Shown here: positions 12,271 through 22,014 of the stretch, piece by piece | Numbering within the stretch: the first letter of the stretch is position 1 | Layout: each line of letters begins with the position of its first letter | NCBI GenBank assembly: GCA_030704615.1 | Contig: CM060733.1 | Span: forward strand, 61,690,001 to 61,754,000 | Length of the DNA: 64,000 bases | Source: Takakia lepidozioides | Lineage: Eukaryota; Plantae; Bryophyta | Direction of reading: 5' to 3' | The notes under the pieces: generated by a model | Databases searched by the model: none | Told to the model about the DNA's origin: nothing | Seen by the model: the letters and a program-made list of their open reading frames with translations, nothing else | Translations under genes and position numbers: made by a program

Positions 12271-12849
12271 TTGTCTAACATGACAACTCCAGGTGTCACC
12301 ATGGCGCGCTCAATGGCTGGCCTAGCTGGCAGCTCCATCAACCTGGCAGCTGCAGCTTGCCATGGCGCCGCCGTGGCAGTCTTGACCCTCAAATCCGAGG
12401 ATCCCTCCGGCACTACACCTCCCACTATCTCCGCAGAAGATGAAGTAACCTCCCCACTCTCACAGAGTGTAGCTGCCAGCCTGAACACCTCAGCTGGTCT
12501 TACCCCCGCGTCGCAATCATGGTAGCCGAGAACAATGGAGCCTGGCACACAGATGTGGCCGCTCCTAGCAGCACACTAGCTGCCGTAGCCTTGGCAACAC
12601 TAGGTAGTGGTGCTACCCGTGTAGCTCTCCCCCCAATGGCATAGTAACCTCCGCCTCGGTAACAGTCGGGCGAGAACTAGGTGCCATGGATGGCGTCGAC
12701 ACTGTCTCCGCCAATGTGAATGACTGAGGAAGCCTAGCCTGACGGCTTGCCTCCCCACGCTGTGGATCCAACTCCACCTCTGCACCTCGTGGCTCAGGAA
12801 CTCGTGCTGCTCCTCGAGTCACGGCTGCAGCAGACTCCACCTGCACTAG

Positions 12850-14420
12850 TGGTAGTGCTGCTCCACACATGAATCCCATGCCTCCCATATCTCCTCCCTC
12901 AGGAGCAGGAGGTGGACCATCCGGCCCTTAGCCGGTACCACCTGAGCTGTAGCCATGGCAGCGAGCCTCTGCTCTAGCTGCTGAAGCCGGTTGGCCATGC
13001 CTTGGTCAACACCCTGACCTCCGCGTCCTTGGCCATGTTGAGCTTGCCCTTGGCCTGCACCTCGTGGCTGGCCACCTCGTCCTCTCTGGGCTGCTCCACC
13101 TCGCCCCCGGCCACCATTGTTCCCTTGGAACTGGCCTGGGCGCAACTCAGGATGCAAACCATAACACTGGGCCTCTCCATGCCCGTGCTTGCCACAATGC
13201 CCACACTGCAACTGTGCAGGCTGTGCATGTGCCGCCCTTTGCCTCCCTCTGGGCAATCTTCTTGACATGGGGTCCTCCACATGTCCAGCACACCACATCC
13301 GCCCGTTGTTGGCCAGCAAATGAAGGGAGAGACCCCTGCATCTGAGGTCCTCTCTGCCCTTCCCTGAGCTTCACCTGAGCCCCCTTGTTGCCTTGAGCAC
13401 GTTGAGGTAGTGGTTGGCTAGGAGCACCACTACCCCGTGGTGTCTCCTTAGCAAATCCCACCATGACCACTCGTTCCTCCACCATGTTGAGCTCTATCCG
13501 CTCTGCCAGCAAAAACACATTTGCTAAGGTGGGTTGGGCCGCTTGTAGGAGAGTTGCATCCCGCACCCTTCTCCTCAGCTCCTTGTCCAATATCCCATAC
13601 CAGAATTGGACTGCCTGAGCTTCCGTAACCCCTTGGGTTACATTTATCAAGCGCCTCATGCGAGTGAAAGCCTCCCTCAAGCTCTCGGTCGGCTTCCGTT
13701 GGAACTCTTGCAAGCTCCGCAACTTCTCTCTGTCCTCACCCCTTGGTAGTTCCCTCTCAACTCTTCGAAGAACTCCACAACAGGGTTGAAGGCAGGCACG
13801 GCTAGTGCTGGTGCGGTAGTGGCTTGGGTGGACGTCGTAGCTACTGTACCACCAGTCCCACTAGTCCCTGCTACTTGCTGAAGCTGCCGGTGCAGCGGCA
13901 GGTGTAGCCACTGCCCTCGTGGCTCTAGTGCCCCTAGTGATGGAGACATAGTCGGGTGACCAGTACATCCTCCACTCCTCGATCTCAACCTCATGCCCCC
14001 GCCTGAACTCATGGTAATCATCCATAGGCGGCCCCTCAAGGTGCTGAAACAGCCCCTTCCATGCCATGAAAGGGCGTAAATAGTTGTGGATTGCGCATTT
14101 GCTGCAAATCACACCAACTATCAAACTCTTGGATAAAATCATCCAACTCGATGGTGCCCCCCCCAGAGTACCTTCGTGGCCCCTTGGTAGCTCCATACAT
14201 CTCCTCCATTGTGTCCCACAACAATGGCAAAGAAACAACTTGCACCCGCCGGTATGAGTCCTCCTGATTCACAATCCGAATCAGAACCTTCCGTGGAAGA
14301 CACAGGAGGTGAAGGTGGCCTAAACCGCACACCTCGTCTCGTGTACCCACTAGTATCGCTAGTGCTCGAACCGGCACTGTCCCCAGCAACTAGTGGCACC
14401 TCCGTGTTGACACTCAACCG
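12850..14420 (-). pseudogene. gag (capsid-like region, two CCHC-type zinc knuckles, RGG-rich tail), frameshifted
   Basis: LDDFIQEFDSW, LREAFTRMRRL, AVQFWYGILDKELR, CWTCGGPH, CGHCGKHGHGEAQC, GGRGRGG repeats. Confidence 0.82.
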
Positions 14421-15099
14421 GTCATGAACATGTCCCTAACCCCCTCTCCACAAGGTAACCGGGTAGAGAACCTGTTGCGGCTTATGGTTTGGAATACTAA
14501 GTTCCTAACATAGCCTACACCTGTACCTGCATCCACCGCAAGCACTCCTATGGTTGGCTGGTCATCACCTCCAACCTCACCACAGAGAAACAATGATGGT
14601 CTGGCTGGTCATCACCCCAGCCTCACCATCGACAGCATGCTCTAGGACTGGCCGTGATCAAATCCGGACCAATCACCTATAAAAACAAGCGCCCACACAA
14701 AACTAGCATGGCGCACAGTCAAGCATGCAGGTATGGAGGGGATCCAAACACAAGAAATCAGAACGACAACTCCCCCACACCCAAAAACAAGGTGTTGCTC
14801 TCCTGCAAGGACACCCCCAGCCCAAACCCGGACTGACTCTTGCCTCCACCTACGGAAAGGTCTTGGCCTAATGAGAGGGTGGAAACTACGAGGAAGAGAA
14901 GCTAAAGCAATGCCTAACCCCAGCATGCCCTCATCCCAACACTCTTCCTCTCCTCTCTTCCCTCACTTGCATGACCATGGGAATATCATGAAGATACTCC
15001 TCAAACCGCCCTCCACGAGCTTCAAAATTCGGCCTTCCAGACCACATGCCAGTCCTTAGGCAGTCCACCAGTGCCTCCACGAGTCAGCACAGGCCGTCC

Positions 15100-16562
15100 A
15101 CAGGTCAACACGGGCCACCACAGACCAGCACGGCCCACACAGCTCACTGGTCAGAGCCGTCACAGTCCCACAGGCCACTAGGCACAGCCTGTCACAGCCC
15201 CTCATAGCCGTCACAGCTCGCCACAGCCTGTCACAGCCCGTCACAGCCCCACAGGCCACTGGGCACAGCCTGTCACAGCCCTCACAGCCCCAAGGCCTCA
15301 GGCACGCCTGACACAGCCCTCACAACCCGTCACAGCCCCACACAGCCTGTCACAGCCCCGCACAGCCCGTCACAGCCCCACAGGCCACTGGGCACAGCCT
15401 GTCACAGCCCCTCACAGCCCCAAAGGCTCAGGCACGGCCTGACACAGCCCCTCACAGCCCGTCACAGCCCCAACCCCAAAGGCCTCAGGCACGGCTTGTC
15501 ACAGCCCCTCACAGCCCCAAGGCCACGGGCACAGCCTGTCACAGCCCCTCACAGCCCGTCACAGCCCCACAGGCCACTGGGCACAGCCTATCACAGCCCC
15601 GCACAGCCCGTCACAGCCCCAGGCCACTGGGCACAGCCTGTCACAGCCCTCACAGCCCCAAAGGCCACGGGCACAGCCTGTCACAGCCCGTCACAGCCCC
15701 AAAGGCCTCAGGCACGGCTGTCACAGCCCCTCACAGCCCCAAAGGCCACGGGCAGCCTGTCACAGCCCCTCACAGCCCCAAAGGCCACGGGCACAGCCTG
15801 TCATAGCCCTCACAGCCCGTCACAGCCCCAAAGGCCTCAGGCACGGCCTGTCACAGCCCCAAAGGCCTCAGGCACGGCCTGTCACAGCCCGTCACAGCCC
15901 CAAAGGCCTCAGGCACGGCTTGTCACAGCCCCTCACAGCCCCAAAGGCCACGGGCACAGCCTGTCACAGCCCTCACAGCCCAAAGGCCACGGGCACAGCC
16001 TGTCATAGCCCCTCACAGCCCGTCACAGCCCCAAAGGCCTCAGGCACGGCCCGTCACAGCCCATCACAGCCCGTCACAGCCCCAAAGGCCTCAGGCACGG
16101 CCTGTCACAACCCCTCACAGCCCGTCACAGCCCCAAAGGCCTCAGGCACGGCCTGTCACAGCCCTTACAGCCCGTCACAGCCCCACAGGCCACTGGGCAC
16201 AGCCTGTCACAGCCCCTCACAGCCCCAAAGGCCACGGGCACAGCCTGTCACAGCCCCTCAGGCCTCAGGCACGGCCTGACACATCCCCTCACAGCCCGTC
16301 ACAGCCCCAAAGGCCTCATGCACGGCCTGTCACAGCCCGTCACAGCCCCTCACAGCCCGTCACAGCCCCAAAGGCCTCAGGCACGGCCTGTCACAGCCCC
16401 TCACAGCCCATCACAGCCCCAAGGCCATGGGCACAGCCCCAAAGGCCATGGGCACAGCCCTCACAGCCCGTCACAGCCCCCACAGGCCACTGGGCACAGC
16501 CTGTCACAGCCGCACAGCCCGTCACAGCCCACAGGCCACAGGGACAGCCCGTCACAGCCCCA
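15100..16562. repeat. ~1.45-kb minisatellite in the retrotransposon leader (core TCACAGCCC; higher-order units such as GTCACAGCCCCAAAGGCCTCAGGCACGGCCT)
   Basis: Directly visible: dozens of TCACAGCCC cores interleaved with AAAGGCCTCAGGCACGG or AGGCCACGGGCACAG modules. Confidence 0.97.
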
Positions 16563-16929
16563 TCCATGGCCGCTCTGGCAGTTTAGCCATTTCTCCAAGG
16601 GGTTTAGCCACGCCAAGTGAGGGTTTGTGTCTCTTGGACTCTAGGCTTCTTTCCACCGAGCTATGGCGGCTGTGAGGAAATTAACAAGGTATCTTGCTCT
16701 TTCGGCTCCCACACACCACCATAGTAGCCCTAAGCCATGAGGTGGTTGCCACAAACCAAGCCTTCTTTCTCACTTAGCCTCCCAAACATGCCACTAAACT
16801 CACTGGCAAACAACCAAGCCCTGCTGGTTCCCAGCCCTTGTGAACACTCATTCAAGCACTCTCCTTGGCCATAGCATCTATCTTAGAGCCTATTCCAGCC
16901 CCCTACACCTGCTGCTTCAAGAGTTGCGC

Positions 16930-17420
16930 TCCCTTCAAGCTTGAAGTTGAAACCCCAACTCACATAGGCCCTACAAGTGCTTTTCTTTCACTCCAAGTGG
17001 AAACCAGCCCTAGACCTTCCGTTCTAGCTCTCTAAAGCTTGAAAACAAGAGCCTCAATGGGCTGAAGGCATGCTCCACACATGCCCCACTCTCACCATAA
17101 GAGAATCAGTTCCTTTGCTTCATTTCTTGCACCCACAAACCTGAAAATACAAGCTTCAGCAGGCTGAAAGCATGCTCACATGCCCTACAGGGAAACCAGC
17201 CCCTTCCTTCCTTTCTTGCACTCCCACACCTGAAAGTGCAAGCCTTCACCAGGCTGATAGCATGCTCCACACATGCATTGCCCTCACATAAGGGAAGTCA
17301 GCCCTTCCCTCTTCCTTGCTTGCCCTCCAAGCTTGAAGATGGAAGCTTCAATGAGCTGAATACATGCTCCACACATGCAACCTTTTCACACAAGAGATAT
17401 CAGCCCCTATCTTGGCTCCT
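16930..17420. repeat. Degenerate tandem repeat, about 4-5 units of ~90-100 bp, in the retrotransposon leader
   Basis: Recurring ...TGAA...AAGCTTCA...GCTGAA..CATGCTCCACACATGC at ~17036, 17140, 17229 and 17330. Confidence 0.7.
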
Positions 17421-18076
17421 TGGCTCCTTGATGCTCTCTAAGACAAGACTAAGCACTCCACAGCCTTTGCCAAGCTCCTGAAACCCTAAGGCTTACATTT
17501 CCAGCCACAAGACACTTCTCTTGTGGTGCAAGAGCTCTTCTTCCAAGCTCTGAGACCCTAGGTGCACATTCCATGGCCTTGTCGCACCTCTTAGATCCTG
17601 TTCCAGCCCTGCTCTTGCCATGACAAGAGCCCTCTCAATGTTGAAGCTCGAGATTGAAACCCAATCTCACCATACTCCACAAAGTGCACTGATTTGCCCC
17701 AAGCCAAATCAGCCCTTTCGCTTGGTCTTGCAATCCTTCACACAATGAAAGCTCGCATTCCCAAGTCCAGTTCTCAGCTTTGCCACCAAAGCCACTATAA
17801 CCTGCTCTTGACTGGTCCTCTTCCCAATCGTGCTTGCTCATGCATGTACACAATCTGAAACCATCAAGGTGCTCTGGAATTACCTGCAGCATGGTGCTTT
17901 CATCTCTGAAGCTGAAGATCGAATGCCAAGGTCTACCACCTCGTAACCCACATCGCCTCCGTTTCTAACATCCAAGAGCTCCACGGTGCTCCTTGCATAA
18001 CAACTTGGTTTCTCTCATTCTCAAGCAAAAACCACAAGTACTACAACTAACTCGTATCTGGCACTCACAGATACGA

Positions 18077-18093
18077 GCTGATCTTTCTCGAGT
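18077..18093 (-). promoter_or_regulatory. Putative self-priming primer-binding site
   Basis: Lies immediately inside the 5' LTR. It is not a tRNA complement (no TGG start) but is the reverse complement of LTR positions 18257-18273 (13 bp perfect, 16/17 overall). Confidence 0.62.
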
Positions 18094-18364
18094 GATAAGG
18101 AAGAAGAATACAAGCACAAGCTCATGCGAGCTCACAAAGCTGAAGCATAAACTCATGCATATATAACCTCATCACTCAAATACAAGTCAAGCCAAGTGCA
18201 CCCCACGCCATGGGGAATCCACACTACGGCGCCATAGCTAGGCGCGGTGAGGCTCAACTCGAGAAAGATGAGCCTTCCGCGCTTGCCTTGTGTGAAGATA
18301 ACCACTCCAGGGCCTAAATCTGCCTTGACCCCTGGATTGACACTTGGGCCAATCCCAAATGTCA
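18093..18364 (-). repeat. 5' LTR, 272 bp
   Basis: Starts TGATA and ends TGTCA on the + strand (TG...CA with an imperfect terminal inverted repeat). Its first 135 bp after the T match the 3' LTR remnant. Confidence 0.78.
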
Positions 18365-21300
18365 ATATGTAAAAGCTAGCTATTTCCTAGCTAGTTTCAC
18401 ACTAGTGGTAAAATAACTTGACACATCTGAGCATCAAGTCCTTTGCTCAAATTTGCCATTTGAAATTTGAATACCTGTCAGAATAATTTTCGAATCATGC
18501 ATAATTTCATGAATGCATGATGTATGCTTGGGATAGCATGTACTATGTTGGATGCAGGACGATGGCAGGCATGAGGGCAGGATGGGAGGCGGGATGGGGA
18601 TGCGGGAGAGGGCATGGCCAGGGCATGCGTCATGTCCCCGCAGCGGGCACATGAGGCGCAGGAGGGCGTGCCGCGCGGCAGTTTGCGGGCGGGGGTGGGG
18701 AGGGGGTGGCGGGGGGTCCACGCTGGCTAAACCGGCTCCCTCGCATTCAACTCCAGGGCCCATCTAATGCTTGGCATTCGAGATGAAGGCTCTCCTTGAC
18801 CTTGGGAAGAAGCCATTCTTTTAGTGGCGAATAATTGCCAGATTTCGACCTCGCGCGGGTCTTGGCGACAGGGGTAAAGGGAAATGAGGCTGAAAAATTC
18901 ACACTTTTCGCCAAAAGCTGATCTGATGGGCCCACCATTCGCTAGAGGGGCTGCCACAGGGAGGCACATGGCGCCATATTGAGTGAAGACAGTTTACAGC
19001 AGAGGAGCCAGATCCCACCGACCACGTGCAGGACATCGCTGCATTCCGAGTGCGCGGGAGGACGTGGAGCCAGCTACGTTGCCCATTTTTGTACATAGAT
19101 GTACATAGATATATATGGGTAAGTATAGTATAATCTGTATAGATAAACTTTGTAGTGAAACATTTTGTAGCATATGTATGGGTAGCTTAGTGGTAAACAT
19201 CTCCCTTCTTAGCCAATCGACTTGGTGTTCAATTTCTAACACCTCAACGTTGTTTTGATAGCAACCTGGTTTGGATGATAAAGTTCCTAAATATGAAAAA
19301 GGTGGCCGCGAAGGAGGGCAAAAAGATGACTGCAGAGGAGGAGGATAATAAAAAGGGTGGCATAGGGTTACATAAACGGAAAGAGAATGTCATTTATTCA
19401 TTGTTTTTGGGATGAAAGGACACATGTCATCAAGTTTAGGGGGGAAAAAAAAACCTAAAACACACTTCTTCCTTCTTTCATTTTTTTCCTCTCCTCTCTT
19501 TAGGCCTTAGGGCTGCTTGCAAGTTGCAGAGCGTGCTTTCGCATGCACTTTATGTTAGTATCAGTAATCACTCAAGGCTGCGATTAAAGAGAGCAAACAT
19601 TGATACTTCTTATCTATGTGCCATGTAGCATTAGGCAGGGTCTTTTTGGGCCAGGGTTCAAATATGCCACTTAGTGTAGATTGACTGAAATGCAATATAA
19701 GCCAATTTAAGGTTTTCTACTTATGAATGATGGTTTAAATTTTTTTGGTGGTGTTTGGCATAATTTCTGCCTAGTCTCCAATGATGCCTAAACCCTCCAA
19801 TTTGCTATGTCAATTCTGGGTTATTCACCTCAACAAGTCTACTAGGTTTTAGGTTCATTCGCCCAATACCCATTCAAAATCTCATATTATTGCCAGCCAT
19901 TTCCACTACGCATTTTGTACAAGCGCCAGACATGCTCCTCTAAGGTTCTAATGGATGCCACTTGTGCTACAATGTAAATACCTTAAAAGAAACGCTGCTG
20001 GGAAGCTGATCTGTTCCTCTCAAATTCTCCATCCCGAGTTTGACCAAGGCAAGCGGTCCTAGTTGTGGTTAACTCGTGATTCTTCTCTGGTAGACATATG
20101 AAGCCTTCTGTCAAAGTAAGCACAAAACTGATTGGGACCACCAGTTGGGTGATTCTTGTTTCTTCTTCCTCTGTTTTTCTCTTGGTTGGCATATCTGGAG
20201 TTCATATTTTATTGATTGTGCTGAAAAAGATGGCAGTCTAGATGGATTCTGCCCACGCATGGCATGTACACTAGATCTTGAAAATTGCAGGCTTTGTTGC
20301 CCGTAATGTTGCAAACTCACATTGAGAATTAAGGCGATCACCTTACACCCATGCAGATATTCAAATCCAGCATCCCCATCTTCATTAACATCATTGCCCA
20401 CATATTACGTACCAAACAGCCTTGTGTGTCAGTGGTGCCTTTAGGGCACTTGGTCTTCCCACCCAAGGGAAGACCAGCATGATTTTGGGGCTTTTGCGAG
20501 AGTGGCCACCAGTCCAATCCACTATATGCCACCATCATGTCACTCCTACTCAATAATATCAAACAATTTTAGAATTAATTAAAAAATTTCAAATCCAGTA
20601 GAAGCTCCCTCCTTCCGTAAGATTGATTCAGAATGTCTCATCCCAACAATCCGACCAGAGAAGTGCAAGTCATATTTAGTTAGAAGTTACAGCTTCCAGG
20701 AAAGCCATTGGTGGGGAGAAGGGTGGGCAATTTGCTGCAGGGAAAGACTTGCCTGCAAAAGTCGTCAGCCCCCTGCCACAGGAATGCGTAAGCACCTTTT
20801 GCCATTATATTCCCATGGAAAGTCTGGTCTCTGGTCCTTTTTACCATGAGTCTACAGCCCCAGTTGGTTTGCAATGCATATGGCTCTGAAATATACGCCA
20901 CCTCCTCAGTAATGGTGCCCACCTACACAGTATCCCAGCACTGAATAGGAAACTGAAAAGTCAACTACAGCAAGCCTGCAAAATGTGTGAGAAAAAGAGT
21001 AGTACTTCTGTAACTTTCCTGTAAAAAGAGATGACCTGTCACGGCTGCAATTAATATCATCCCTGCTAGTTCAGTCATAACCACAGTACAGCTTCAGCTC
21101 TTACAAAGAAAACCGTGTCACACATACACACATGCAGGAGTCGTCATCCTTTGTAAAAGAGGAATGACAGAACTCTTTAGGGGCGGAGAGACAGGAAGAG
21201 AAGTTACTACATCAACCAAGAGGGACCATGGGACACAGAAGAACAACACAGTAGAACACAGAAACCAAAGAAGAAAAGCAAACCCAAGATGCTGCGGGAG

Positions 21301-22014
21301 GGACAAGTGCCTCAGACAGGTAAGCTGGTAGGCACTTTAGGAGAGAGAGGGAGATGCTGGCCCACATGTCAACTCCCACTGGCATGATCAATGTTGCAGC
21401 AGTAGAGATCATGATAAAATGCCTCCACTTTATCCTCGAAGAATGCACCGATCAGAAAGAGAAATGTCTCAAAACTCATGGACATCATTGTTGCCGAAGA
21501 CCACAAGGGTAGGAAACATTTAAATCAGCACCCTACTTGAACCCATGAGCATGGTCAACTTTATTTCAATAGAAGAATGTAGTTGAGAGCCATGGCACTA
21601 AAACCCCTGCACCTGGATTTGCATCTATTCTCGGCTTGCTCATGAATTCTGTTGCAACCCACAGAGGAGGAATATGAGGGTTCAAGTGAAGTGTGTGGAC
21701 TTTAGGCTAGCAGTGTATTTCTACCAACCACAGGAGAGTACTACATCTATGTTCATGGTTGCATTTGATGGGAGCTTGTTGAAGAGCTGCCTCCTAATAT
21801 GTGAACGTCAGTTTATAGTTTCTGTGGGCAAAGAGATGGGCAAGATACTGGAGGTCTCCTGCATACCACTGAGAGGGTTGATGGTACTGACACATGCATC
21901 CGAGGATCGGTATTCTGTCTGACTGGATACTTTGAAGAGTGGGTGGTGAGTGCTCACAAATAATTGGGTAAAGGAACTTTACAAATTGGGGGTAAGAAGA
22001 TGTTGAAGTGGATG

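Larger units (their letters stand above)
7643..18364 (-). mobile_element. Ty3/gypsy LTR retrotransposon carrying a DNA cytosine-5 methyltransferase (gag-PR-DNMT-RT-RH-INT); 3' end internally deleted
   Basis: Domain order PR, RT, RNase H, integrase is gypsy-type. A 135-bp direct repeat occurs at 7643-7777 and 18094-18228 with one mismatch. A complete TG...CA LTR spans 18093-18364. Confidence 0.93.

Noticed and set aside
15100-16562. CRISPR-like regular repeats
   Set aside because: No unique spacers, variable unit length, and a eukaryotic retrotransposon context.
15496-16675. ORFs of 82-170 aa with SQPVTAP/TACHSP repeats
   Set aside because: These are translations of the stop-poor minisatellite in several frames, with no independent evidence of coding.
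18226-18234. TGGCGCCGT on the minus strand resembling a tRNA-Asp primer-binding site
   Set aside because: Only a 9-nt match, not preceded by a CA LTR end, and located inside the inferred LTR.
18400-18415. CACTAGTGGTAAAA as the start of another CACTA element
   Set aside because: No matching opposite TIR or subterminal array found. It fits the CACTAG motifs of the flanking repeat.
19983-21922. Short ORFs downstream of XPF
   Set aside because: No recognisable domain or consistent exon chain. They may be UTR, non-coding or decayed sequence.
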